Of a DNA stretch of 64,000 nt, positions 1 to 9,411 are shown one piece after another; positions within the stretch are counted from its first letter, which is position 1; every line of letters starts with the position of its first letter. This DNA comes from Victivallales bacterium (GTDB lineage: Bacteria > Verrucomicrobiota > Lentisphaeria > Victivallales > GWF2-38-69): contig DASCNA010000145.1 of NCBI GenBank assembly GCA_036011305.1, positions 17,374-81,373 on the forward strand. Direction: 5' to 3'. A model generated the notes under the pieces. The model saw only the letters and a list, made by a program, of their open reading frames with translations, searched no databases and was not told the DNA's origin. Both the position numbers and the translations under genes were made by a program.

Positions 1-275
1 TTTTTTATAAAAACAAATTATGCTATTATCAGGTTATTTTTAAAACTCAGAGTGATAAAATAAATGCATTATATAGCTCTCTGGAAGAGCTGTTGAGCAG
101 CAAATTTGGAAAACCTGAACAGAAAAAAAGTGGGCCATATTATGAATCTATTTTTAACTATGGTGATAACCATAGAATAGTATTATTAATGGACTATAAG
201 AAAAGAACTTATATAAATTTAAAGGCTGTAGACACTTTAATTTTTAAGAAAATATTAAATGCCTCCAGTGAATAA
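1..275 (+). CDS. 3' end of a hypothetical protein gene truncated by the window edge
   Basis: The frame of the listed 60-aa TTG ORF (93..275) stays open back to base 3, reading ...FYKNKLCYYQVIFKTQSDKINALYSSLEELL then SSKFGKPEQ... This is more likely the C-terminus of a CDS starting upstream of the window. No family recognised. Confidence 0.35.
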   Translation, partial: FYKNKLCYYQVIFKTQSDKINALYSSLEELLSSKFGKPEQKKSGPYYESIFNYGDNHRIVLLMDYKKRTYINLKAVDTLIFKKILNASSE

Positions 276-413
276 AAGTCCTATACTAATATCATTTTTT
301 TTATATAAAGATTCTATTTATGTTGTATTCTTAGAAAAAGGCTGTTCTTTTTAATATTAAGAAAAACAGTAGAGAGTAAATAGAAAAGTACTCTAATTTG
401 ACCTTTATATGAC

Positions 414-1061
414 ATGAAGAATTTAAATTTAAAAATCGATAATGACAGTATTCTGAATTTAGATAGTTTTGTTCATGCTTCAGTATTAATCCCAGTTTTT
501 TACGACAAAAATGGAGCAGCTCAATTTATTTTTCAGGAGAGAGCTGCACATATTAGACAAGGAAGAGAAGTCTGTTTTCCAGGAGGAGTAGTTGATGAAC
601 AGGATAAAAATACTAAAGCTACAGCAATCCGTGAGACAGTGGAAGAATTAGGTGTTCAACCAGATAAAATACGAATAACAGGAAAGCTGGGTAAATTATT
701 TGCTCCAATGACTGTCTTAATTGAAACTTATCTTGGAATCATTGATATTGACGATATTGATGAGTTAGATTACAGTCGTGATGAAGTTGCAAAAGTATTT
801 TCAATTCCGGTTGATTTACTTGCATCAATGAAACCTGAAAAATATACAGTGATTTCCCGTGTCCATCCTACTTACAGAGATGAAAATAATAATGTAGTAG
901 TTTTATTTCCTGCAAAAAATCTGGGCCTTCCGGAAAGATATTGGAGATCATGGGGTGGTAGAGAACATGAAATACTTCTATATAATACAGATCATGGAAA
1001 AATTTGGGGTTTAACAGCACAGCTGGTTTGTCGCTATTTAGAAAATTGTTATAGAAAATAA
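414..1061 (+). CDS. Nudix hydrolase, CoA pyrophosphatase-like
   Basis: Nudix box GGVVDEQDKNTKATAIRETVEELGV. It is preceded by the CoAse-type motif FIFQERAAHIRQGREVCFPGG. Confidence 0.8.
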   Translation: MKNLNLKIDNDSILNLDSFVHASVLIPVFYDKNGAAQFIFQERAAHIRQGREVCFPGGVVDEQDKNTKATAIRETVEELGVQPDKIRITGKLGKLFAPMTVLIETYLGIIDIDDIDELDYSRDEVAKVFSIPVDLLASMKPEKYTVISRVHPTYRDENNNVVVLFPAKNLGLPERYWRSWGGREHEILLYNTDHGKIWGLTAQLVCRYLENCYRK

Positions 1062-1081
1062 TTTTTAAATTATTAATACTT

Positions 1082-1142
1082 AATTATAAATTGTTAATAC
1101 ATAAAAAATTAAGTATCTGAAAATCATTAACAATTTATAATT
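1082..1142. terminator. Perfect 17-bp inverted repeat between convergent genes (putative bidirectional terminator)
   Basis: aattataaattgttaat (1082-1098) is the exact reverse complement of attaacaatttataatt (1126-1142). The spacer is 27 nt. An alternative inner pairing exists (tacttaatt / aattaagta). It lies between the Nudix gene (+) and the glutaredoxin gene (-). Confidence 0.45.
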
Positions 1143-1151
1143 AGAATTATA

Positions 1152-1400
1152 TTATTCTTTTGTCCATTTAGATTTGTTCTGTTCCAGAAATAGTATAATT
1201 TCATCAGACTCAAGTATAGGTTCACCGTCAATTACAAGACATGGTACCTGTGTATTTTTATTCATTTTGAGTAGATTTTCTCTGTACTCTTTATGAACTT
1301 TTGTGTCTAAAAATATAATATCATGCTTTTTATCTTCTAAATATAAAAGCACTTTCTGACAGAAAGGACAACTTTCAAAATAATAAAGTTCAAGTTTCAT
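1152..1400 (-). CDS. Glutaredoxin-like small redox protein
   Basis: 82 aa with an N-terminal CPFC active site (YYFESCPFCQKV) and thioredoxin-fold length. Confidence 0.75.
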   Translation of the reverse strand: MKLELYYFESCPFCQKVLLYLEDKKHDIIFLDTKVHKEYRENLLKMNKNTQVPCLVIDGEPILESDEIILFLEQNKSKWTKE

Positions 1401-1407
1401 AATTATA

Positions 1408-1839
1408 CTATTGATTTAATTCGACCAATTCGATGTCAAAAATCAAAGTTTTTCCAGCTAAATGATGATTAGCATCAAGGCTTACTTCTTTGTCTGTAAC
1501 TTCTGTAACTGTGACGGTAAGTGGTTGTCCATTTTCCTGTTTTAACTGTAATTTTTGACCTACTTCAGGTTTAATATTAGGAGGAAACTGCTCAATAGGG
1601 AATTTTGCAGCTAAATGATCATGGCGAATACCATATGCCTCTTCAGGAGGTATAGTTACAGTTTTTTTATCATTTAATTTCATTCCATGAACACCTTTTT
1701 CAAAACCTGGTATCATTTGTTTTGCACCCATTTTGAATTCAAGCGGATCACGATCTACTGAACTGTCAAAAACTGTTCCGTCTTCTAATTTTCCTGTATA
1801 ATGAACTTTTACTGTATTTCCATCTTGTGCCTGTGACAT
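1408..1839 (-). CDS. FKBP-type peptidyl-prolyl cis-trans isomerase (SlyD/FkpB-like)
   Basis: VKVHYTGKLEDGTVFDSS near the N-terminus and DANHHLAGKTLIFDIELVEL at the C-terminus. Both are typical of short FKBP PPIases with an insert-in-flap segment. Confidence 0.85.
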   Translation of the reverse strand: MSQAQDGNTVKVHYTGKLEDGTVFDSSVDRDPLEFKMGAKQMIPGFEKGVHGMKLNDKKTVTIPPEEAYGIRHDHLAAKFPIEQFPPNIKPEVGQKLQLKQENGQPLTVTVTEVTDKEVSLDANHHLAGKTLIFDIELVELNQ

Positions 1840-1914
1840 ATCTATATCCTTTAGTTACTTTTAAAACTTCTTAATTTATTATCTTTTTATGATATAACAA
1901 ATGGAATAGAAGCA

Positions 1915-3921
1915 TTAAACAATCTTTATAGGGCAGGGAGGTAGTGAATCGAGGAAAATTTTTCCATATCGTTTAGTTATTAGTCTGTTATCGAGCAGCA
2001 CTATAATTCCAGTATCTGTTTTACTTCTTATCAATCTTCCTATGCCTTGTTTAAATTTCAAGACTGCCTCAGGTAAAGAATATTCCATGAAAGGATTTCT
2101 GCCTTCTTCCTTTAATTTGTCAAGTCTGGCTTCAATCAGTGGTTCTGAAGGGACGGAGAAGGGAAGTTTTGTAATTATAACATTACTTAATGCTTCGCCG
2201 GGAACATCTACTCCCATCCAGAAACTAGTAGTTCCGAAAATGACTGAGTTGACATCTTTTTTGAAAAATTTTAGCATATTAGATCTGCTTATTCCATCAC
2301 CTTGAGCAATAAGAGTAATACCTTTACCAGCAAAATATTCAGAAGTCATCTGTTTCACTTTTGACAGTAAACTGTAGCTTGTAAAAAGCACAAATGCCTT
2401 GCCCTCTGTTTGGATTACATATTTTTTAATCTGTTCAGAAATGGAAGATTCATAAAAATTATCTCTTGGATCAGGTATTCCTTTTGGAATAAAAACACAA
2501 CTCTGAGTAGCGTAATTGAATGGAGAACTTAGTATCAACTCTTTTCCTACGAACCCAACTCTGCTCTTATAAAAATTCAACCTGTTTGCTACAGACAGTG
2601 TAGCACTGGTAATAGTTACAGGATAACCTTCTGTAAACAGAGATCTATTTAAAATTTCAGGAACATTCAGTGGTGAATAATTAAGTGTTACATATTGCCT
2701 ATTATAATTATCTTCAAGCTCAATCCAATATACACTATCTTCTGCGTTCATCATTAAAAATTCAAAAATAGATTTTGTATAGCCTCTGCATTTTTGAAGC
2801 TGAACGTCTAATTCTAGTTTATAATTATCATCATCCTGTATTTTTAAATATTCATCAAGTTTACGTTCCAGTAAAGCTAACTGCCCTGTTATAACATCCT
2901 CTACAATATAGGGGCGATGAATTCGTCTCTGAGTAGCCTCATGAGTAGACATATATTCTCGGACTTGATTAAAAAAAGTTTTAACATATTCAAAAGTGTG
3001 TCCAGTAATTTGCCTTAGTTCTATGGCTTTTGATCCAGGTCTGATGAGAAGTCCTCTTCCTCTATCCGGGTTATAGAGACGCGTAAGCATGTTTAATAGT
3101 CCAGGTTCGCTAATTCTCGTTCCCATATATTTGGCAGTATTAGTTTCCAACTGATGTGCTTCATCAATTATGACTCCTGAGTATTGAGGTAAAATTCCAC
3201 CTTCTATTTCTCCTTCTGTTTTCATTTTTAAGTCAGATAGAAAGAGAGCATGATTTGTTACTAGAAGGTTTGATTTTTCCCACTCTTTTCTTGCAGACCA
3301 GTAAAAGCACTTATTGAAATATTTACATTTTGGACCAAAGCAGTTCCCATGTTCGCAGCATATGCAATGCCAAACAGACAAAGAAGGTTCGAATTCCATA
3401 TCTGATAAGCTTCCATCTTTTGTTTTTTCAGCCCACTCAGTGATCTTTGCTATATCTGACATCATGGAGTTATTAGGGAGATATTCTCCCTGGTGATCTC
3501 CGGTTGACATTTCCAGTCTTCTTCTGCATAGATAGTTTGTTCTTCCTTTAGCCAATGAAGCTTTAAAATCAACATCAGTGAGTTTTTTGAGTATTGGAAT
3601 ATCTTTAAAAATTAACTGTTCCTGTAAGTTGATAGTTTCTGTCGTAATGACTATAGGCCTTGGCTGTTTAAGGGCATAGAAAATAGCAGGAATTAAATAT
3701 GCAAAACTTTTACCTACGCCTGTAGGGGCTTCAACGCAAAGATTGTAGGGCTCAATTAAAGAGCATGCTACATTAAGAGCCATCTCCTTTTGCTGAGGTC
3801 TTTCTTCATAGGTTCTTCCCCCATATTTTTCAGCTTCTTTTAGAGGTGTTTCAGAATCAAAAAACTTTATGACTTCATCGAGTATACTGTCTGAACCCGA
3901 TCTGTTTTTTATCATTATCAT
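1915..3921 (-). CDS. dinG: ATP-dependent DNA helicase, DinG/Rad3 family with Fe-S Cys cluster
   Basis: Walker A APTGVGKSFAYL, DEAH box IIDEAHQL, a Cys-rich insert (CICCEHGNCFGPKCKYFNKC) and a C-terminal helicase motif GIGRLIR. Confidence 0.8.
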   Translation of the reverse strand: MIMIKNRSGSDSILDEVIKFFDSETPLKEAEKYGGRTYEERPQQKEMALNVACSLIEPYNLCVEAPTGVGKSFAYLIPAIFYALKQPRPIVITTETINLQEQLIFKDIPILKKLTDVDFKASLAKGRTNYLCRRRLEMSTGDHQGEYLPNNSMMSDIAKITEWAEKTKDGSLSDMEFEPSLSVWHCICCEHGNCFGPKCKYFNKCFYWSARKEWEKSNLLVTNHALFLSDLKMKTEGEIEGGILPQYSGVIIDEAHQLETNTAKYMGTRISEPGLLNMLTRLYNPDRGRGLLIRPGSKAIELRQITGHTFEYVKTFFNQVREYMSTHEATQRRIHRPYIVEDVITGQLALLERKLDEYLKIQDDDNYKLELDVQLQKCRGYTKSIFEFLMMNAEDSVYWIELEDNYNRQYVTLNYSPLNVPEILNRSLFTEGYPVTITSATLSVANRLNFYKSRVGFVGKELILSSPFNYATQSCVFIPKGIPDPRDNFYESSISEQIKKYVIQTEGKAFVLFTSYSLLSKVKQMTSEYFAGKGITLIAQGDGISRSNMLKFFKKDVNSVIFGTTSFWMGVDVPGEALSNVIITKLPFSVPSEPLIEARLDKLKEEGRNPFMEYSLPEAVLKFKQGIGRLIRSKTDTGIIVLLDNRLITKRYGKIFLDSLPPCPIKIV

Positions 3922-4027
3922 AATATATAGAGTTTTAAATTTTGGGTTTAATGTTTTGAATTAATAAATTCAGAAGCAGCTTTAACTCAACATTTAAAAC
4001 TCAAAACTCAGCACCTGAATGTCCAAC

Positions 4028-5251
4028 TCATCTACTGTAATACCTAATCACTGCAGGTAAAAGTGTTATTAGTGCAAATAAGACAAATAAAAAACAAGTC
4101 AAAAAAGGAACTGTAGAAGCTTTTATAAAGCGTTTTTTATACACAAGTCTTCTTCTGTAAATAACGGAAAAAATTAGTAAAATAGGCAAGCCTGACATAG
4201 CAATATTCAAGTCGCCCATGTTTGTTGTCCAGGTAAATGCAAGGACGATAATTGAAAAAATAATTAAACAAAGGTCTATTACTACAAATTTTACAGATGA
4301 AAAATTTTTAACTGCATATTTGGTTATCAATTTTTTACAGAACATAGCTAGTTTATTAGGCTCGCATTTCTCTAGTCTTTTTGTTAAGATTTTTGAAAAT
4401 TTACCTACAATCTTATATTTATCAGAAAATTTAGTAATGAACATGATAAATTCATCTGCCGGTTTGCATTTATCAGACCTTTCTTTAAAAAACATTTGAG
4501 CATAGTTAGCTGCAAACCATAGCATTAATGCACTTCCGTAGAATCCCATAAAATCAAAAAATTTACCGCTGGCTTTAAACATATCTGGAAGAAAAAATAT
4601 CAAAGCCAGTAATACTGATAAAAGAGCAAGATGTCTGGATTTGAACATTCCAATAAATTTATTTTTTCTAATATCAATTTTGAAAGCAAATCCTGTTGCA
4701 AGTATTCCAAATGCTATACCTGCTATTACATCACTTAGGTAGTGCCAGTTTGCCCAGTTTCTACAAAACGCAACAGCTGGTGCTATTACAACTAGCGGTG
4801 CCAAAACAGGAATTTCGGCCGCCAAAGGCACAACTAGCGCTGTTGCTGTTGCAGAATCGCCGCTTGGGAAAGAGAAGTCATTTCTTCCATTGGGACGTTC
4901 TCTATGCACTGCAGGTTTTAGTATACCTACCATTATTCCCATTAGAAGAAGTGTTAGAACGATTCTCCATCCAATTCTTCTTAATCCAACTGCACCCATT
5001 ACTGCCGCTATAAAACCTAAAGTTTTTCCATCTCCAAAAAGCTTGATTACATCAATAAAAGACTCTAAAGTAGGAGTGCCATAATTATTGCGTAAATTCA
5101 GGACATAATTTTTCCACTCCATATCATATGGATGAGCAACTGCTGTGATGATCATAATAATAATGAATAATATATAATAGAAAAAAGGTCTTTTATATAT
5201 AGGTTTATTTTTTATATCTTCAACATAGTAATTTGATAGTTTGAATTTCAT
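4028..5251 (-). CDS. PAP2-family membrane phosphatase with ~200-aa C-terminal membrane extension
   Basis: PAP2 motifs KPAVHRERP, PSGDSA (Asp where PSGH is usual) and RNWANWHYLSDV (R-x5-H-x3-D). Multiple hydrophobic spans. Confidence 0.7.
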   Translation of the reverse strand: MKFKLSNYYVEDIKNKPIYKRPFFYYILFIIIMIITAVAHPYDMEWKNYVLNLRNNYGTPTLESFIDVIKLFGDGKTLGFIAAVMGAVGLRRIGWRIVLTLLLMGIMVGILKPAVHRERPNGRNDFSFPSGDSATATALVVPLAAEIPVLAPLVVIAPAVAFCRNWANWHYLSDVIAGIAFGILATGFAFKIDIRKNKFIGMFKSRHLALLSVLLALIFFLPDMFKASGKFFDFMGFYGSALMLWFAANYAQMFFKERSDKCKPADEFIMFITKFSDKYKIVGKFSKILTKRLEKCEPNKLAMFCKKLITKYAVKNFSSVKFVVIDLCLIIFSIIVLAFTWTTNMGDLNIAMSGLPILLIFSVIYRRRLVYKKRFIKASTVPFLTCFLFVLFALITLLPAVIRYYSR

Positions 5252-5311
5252 ACTTGCAGAAAACCTTTCTTTATGGTGTTTATCCGATATGTTTAAGTTT
5301 AGTGGATAATG

Positions 5312-6052
5312 TTAGAATTTGCTAACAGTAATATCGCCAGAAAAAACTGAATGAAAATTACCGCCTTTATCAATGACATATAACTGACCTGTTTCTTTAA
5401 TATCAAGAACTTTTACTTCTAAAGTTTTATCATCTGAAAATGTAATGCTTATATTTTTACCAATCAGCTTATTCTCTGATTTCCATATTCTATAAACATT
5501 CTCTTCACTTTTTACTAACATCATTTGTTCAAATTTATTTAAGTGATGCAGTAGTATGTCTGATGTGTCTGTAATTGTAGTTATATTGCCTGTTTCTGCT
5601 AAAATAGATGTTGCAGGTTTGTCTATTTTTAATACTTGTTGTTCAGGCATGTTGAGGTTAATGCCCATACCTATTATTACTCCATCTATTTCACCTGAAC
5701 TGTTAATGACCGATTCACAAAGTACACCTGCTATTTTTTTTTCTTTTATAAAAACATCATTTGGCCATTTCAGCCAGAATGAAAGATCTGGAGCTGTTTC
5801 TCTCAAAGTATTCAATACAGCTAGACCACCTATCCATGACGTCTTTAAAATATTAAAAGCCGGTTTCTTTAAAACAAAACTGGCGTACAAATTAACGTTA
5901 CCGGGAGATTCCCATGTTTTACCAAATCTTCCTACACCTTCTGTCTGTTCTTTAGCGGCTATTAACAATTTATTTTCAAGGATTTTAAAATTTCTTAATG
6001 CATATTTATTCGTAGAATCAATTTTGTCTATCCAGAGTGTCTTATTCGTCAT
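5312..6052 (-). CDS. birA: Biotin--[acetyl-CoA-carboxylase] ligase, group I (no HTH domain)
   Basis: GVGRFGKTWESPGNVNLYAS and LKWPNDV motifs. The listed ORF begins at a TTG (6070), so I prefer the first ATG at 6052. The start is uncertain. Confidence 0.8.
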   Translation of the reverse strand: MTNKTLWIDKIDSTNKYALRNFKILENKLLIAAKEQTEGVGRFGKTWESPGNVNLYASFVLKKPAFNILKTSWIGGLAVLNTLRETAPDLSFWLKWPNDVFIKEKKIAGVLCESVINSSGEIDGVIIGMGINLNMPEQQVLKIDKPATSILAETGNITTITDTSDILLHHLNKFEQMMLVKSEENVYRIWKSENKLIGKNISITFSDDKTLEVKVLDIKETGQLYVIDKGGNFHSVFSGDITVSKF

Positions 6053-6381
6053 AATTAAAAACAATATCAAGCATTATACAGTAAAAGGTTTTATCTATAT
6101 TATATTTTTAAAAAGTTTTAATACTAGCACTCATTACTGTTGATAGCCAGTTAATTTATTTATTAAAAATGAAAAATTACAATTTATGAATGAACAGATA
6201 ATAGATCAATATTCTGTTTCTATTCAGCTATATTATATAACTCAATCGCTTAGTGGACTCAAAAAACACTAGACTTAAAAATTTTGTAATTCGTAATTCT
6301 ATCCCTACTGTATTAAGTTTTATATTTAGCAATTATTAATTATTCATTTTTTATATTATTTAAGAAAAAGGTTCCCTGTTT

Positions 6382-8112
6382 ATGAAAATGTCTAAACTTG
6401 TCGGCAGGCGCATTAAAGAAGACCCAAAAGATGCACTTACAGTCAGTCATAAATTTATTCTCAGAGGCGGTTATGCCAGGCTAGTTTCAGCTGGAATTTA
6501 TTCCCTGCTTCCTTTGGGTAGAAAAATAACTAAAAAAATTGAAACAATTATTAGAGAAGAAATGGATGCTATAGAAGGGCAGGAAATACTGATGCCTGTA
6601 GCTTTACCTAAAGATTTATGGGACGAATCAGGCAGATATGAAAGTGTTGGAGATGAACTTCTAAGATTTAAGGATAGAAACGGTAAGGGAATGTTGCTTG
6701 CTATGACGCATGAAGAAGCAGTTGTTCATTTGGTAAGGACAGAAGTAAACAGCTATAAACAGCTCCCTTTTATGGTGTATCAGCTTCAGAGAAAATATAG
6801 AGATGAAGCCAGACCTCGCGCCGGTTTAATTAGAGTAAGGGAGTTTACAATGAAAGATGGATACTCTTTTCATGAAACTCAGGAATGTTTAGATGAATAT
6901 TATTACAAAGCACATCAGGCTTATGAAAATATATTTAATAGAGTTGGACTGAGTGATACTATTTCAATAAAATCAGATTCAGGTATGATGGGAGGAGCTG
7001 TTTCTCATGAATTTATGGCTCTGTCAGAATCAGGAGAAGATACGCTTTTTATATCTCCTGACGGACAGTATAAAGCAAATAGAGAAATTGCAACAGCTTC
7101 ATGGAAGTTTGAAAAAGAAGATGAAAAAGAACTGGAAAAAGTCCATACTCCAGGTAAAAAATCTATCGAAGAGGTGGCTGATTATCTAGGAGTCAAGCAT
7201 GAAAATACCGGTAAAGCAGTTTTTTATACTGATGGTAATGATCACTTGATTTTTGTAATGATTAGAGGTGATTTTGAAGTCAACGAAAATAAAGTAAAAA
7301 AATATTTAAAGATAGGCCAGCTTGAATTTGCTTCTGATGAATTGATAGTAGCCAGCGGTGCACAACCTGGTTATGCCTCTCCTATAGGTATTAATAGAGA
7401 TAAAGTGACTGTTCTTGTAGATAGTTCTGTAGCAGAATCGTCTAATCTTGTTGTCGGTGCTAATGAAGAGGATTATCATTTTAAGAATTTCAATTTTAAA
7501 CGTGATATGATAGATGCCGAAATAATTGATCTTGCCACAGTCAGAGCAGGTGATCCATGTCCTTTAACAGGCGAACCTCTCGAAGAAAAAAGAGGGATTG
7601 AAGTAGGTAATATATTTCAACTTGGCACCAAATACTCTGATGCTATGAATTGTAAGTTTTTAGATAAGAATGGTAAATCTAAATCTATGATAATGGGATG
7701 TTATGGTATTGGAGTTGAACGAACTATGGCATCTGTAATTGAACAGTCATATGATGACTGGGGGCCAATATGGCCAATAACAATTGCACCTTATCATGTC
7801 CATTTATGCGCTCTTAATATAAAAAAGGAAGAAGTAAGAATTGCAGCTGATAAAATATATGATGAGTTTACAAAATCAGGAATTGAGATTTTATATGATG
7901 ATCGTGGTGAAAAAGCAGGTTTCATGTTTAATGATGCAGATCTTATCGGTATTCCTTTTAGAATTATTATTTCTCCCAAGACTTTGGAAGAAGGTGCAGT
8001 AGAGCTTAAAATCAGGGGTGATAAAAACGATAAGAAACTATTGAAAATTGATTGTTTAAAAGAAACATTGCAGAAAATGATAAAAGAAGAATTCAGTAAA
8101 TATTCTCAATAA
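6382..8112 (+). CDS. proS: Proline--tRNA ligase (bacterial type with editing insertion)
   Basis: 576 aa with class II aaRS motifs (RPRAGLIRVREFTMKD; GCYGIGVERT) and a typical ProS N-terminus. Confidence 0.95.
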   Translation: MKMSKLVGRRIKEDPKDALTVSHKFILRGGYARLVSAGIYSLLPLGRKITKKIETIIREEMDAIEGQEILMPVALPKDLWDESGRYESVGDELLRFKDRNGKGMLLAMTHEEAVVHLVRTEVNSYKQLPFMVYQLQRKYRDEARPRAGLIRVREFTMKDGYSFHETQECLDEYYYKAHQAYENIFNRVGLSDTISIKSDSGMMGGAVSHEFMALSESGEDTLFISPDGQYKANREIATASWKFEKEDEKELEKVHTPGKKSIEEVADYLGVKHENTGKAVFYTDGNDHLIFVMIRGDFEVNENKVKKYLKIGQLEFASDELIVASGAQPGYASPIGINRDKVTVLVDSSVAESSNLVVGANEEDYHFKNFNFKRDMIDAEIIDLATVRAGDPCPLTGEPLEEKRGIEVGNIFQLGTKYSDAMNCKFLDKNGKSKSMIMGCYGIGVERTMASVIEQSYDDWGPIWPITIAPYHVHLCALNIKKEEVRIAADKIYDEFTKSGIEILYDDRGEKAGFMFNDADLIGIPFRIIISPKTLEEGAVELKIRGDKNDKKLLKIDCLKETLQKMIKEEFSKYSQ

Positions 8113-8144
8113 TTTTATGAAGAATATTTCAGATTTATTATAAT

Positions 8145-8921
8145 ATGAGCATTATTATAAAGAATAAAAATGAAATCGAAATGATGCGTCAGGCAGGTAA
8201 GCTTGCCGCTGATGTACTGGTAATGATTGCCCCCTATGTGAAAGAAGGTATTTCAACAGGTGATCTCAATTTATTATGCCATAATTATATTGTATTCAAT
8301 CAGGGTGCAGTACCATCGCCATTGAATTATAATGGTTTTCCAGCATCGATATGTACTTCTGTTAATGATGTTGTATGCCATGGGATCCCTGATTTCAAAC
8401 AAGTACTTATTGAAGGCGATATAGTGAACCTTGATATTACGGTTAATAAAAATGGATTTCACGGGGATACCAGCATGACTTTTATTATAGGATCTGCAAA
8501 ACAGGAAGCGGTAAAACTTGTTGAAACGACTAAGCAGTGTTTATATGAAGCTATAAAAATAGTAAAACCCGGTATTAGATTGGGTGAAATAGGATATACT
8601 ATACAAAAACTAGCTGAATCTCAAAACTATAGTGTAGTCAGGGATTATTGCGGGCATGGAATAGGACGTGAATTTCATGAACCCCCTTGTGTAGCTCACT
8701 ACGGAAATAAGCACAAAGGTGTGATTTTAAAAGAAGGGATGACATTTACTGTTGAACCAATGATTAATCTTGGTGATTTTAGAGTAGTGACTTCTAAAAG
8801 AGATAATTGGACTGTTACATCACGGGATAACAAATTGTCTGCACAGTTTGAACATACACTTCTAGTAACAAAAAATGGATGTGAGGTACTTACCAAGCGT
8901 CATAATGAAATAATGATCTAA
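8145..8921 (+). CDS. map: Methionine aminopeptidase type I
   Basis: Typical MetAP-I metal-ligand context: VVCHGIP, DIVNLDITV, FHGDTS, GHGIGREFHE, TVEPM, QFEHT. Confidence 0.95.
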   Translation: MSIIIKNKNEIEMMRQAGKLAADVLVMIAPYVKEGISTGDLNLLCHNYIVFNQGAVPSPLNYNGFPASICTSVNDVVCHGIPDFKQVLIEGDIVNLDITVNKNGFHGDTSMTFIIGSAKQEAVKLVETTKQCLYEAIKIVKPGIRLGEIGYTIQKLAESQNYSVVRDYCGHGIGREFHEPPCVAHYGNKHKGVILKEGMTFTVEPMINLGDFRVVTSKRDNWTVTSRDNKLSAQFEHTLLVTKNGCEVLTKRHNEIMI

Positions 8922-8961
8922 CAAAAATAGGGAACCTGCACGGAAAGTGATCAGTAATAAT

Positions 8962-9387
8962 ATGTTAAAGTTTGAAATATTTTTGATATACATATTGAAA
9001 ATAATGTTGATAATAAGTTCTGTTTTTATAATAATTGGTTTATATAAACATTTTTCTTCTTCCACAGAAATAGTTCCAGGTTCAGTCTTTGTTGTTTTAT
9101 TATCTCTATCTGCTCTATGTATGAGTTGGGCGAGATTGGATGTTATCTGCGAAGTGGTAAAAAAAGCTGTATATGAATCAGGGATAGAACTTTTTTTAAG
9201 TTCTATGCTTGTTCTCGTATCGCTTCCAGTGCCTTGGTTTTGTAAATTATCTAAACTTGATAATACAATAATTGAGCCGGTACTTAAATACCTACATGTT
9301 ATATTAGTTTTTCTGGCCTTGATCGTTGCTTATAGAGCGATTGTAAGATTGCTGAATCTGCTGTCTGAAAAGCGCAATTGTAAATAA
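8962..9387 (+). CDS. Hypothetical small membrane protein
   Basis: ORF with 3-4 hydrophobic spans. The listed start at 8947 is GTG, so I prefer the first ATG at 8962. No family recognised. Confidence 0.4.
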   Translation: MLKFEIFLIYILKIMLIISSVFIIIGLYKHFSSSTEIVPGSVFVVLLSLSALCMSWARLDVICEVVKKAVYESGIELFLSSMLVLVSLPVPWFCKLSKLDNTIIEPVLKYLHVILVFLALIVAYRAIVRLLNLLSEKRNCK

Positions 9388-9411
9388 GAGTCAATATAAT
9401 GTAAAGGTATA

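Noticed and set aside
93-275. The listed 60-aa ORF as an independent small gene with a TTG start.
   Set aside because: The reading frame is open all the way to base 3. It is better explained as the C-terminal end of a gene truncated by the window edge.
6071-6381. The 310-bp leader upstream of proS as a T-box or other riboswitch.
   Set aside because: I could not find a T-box consensus, specifier/antiterminator architecture or any GC-containing conserved core. The region is plain AT-rich promoter DNA shared with divergent birA.
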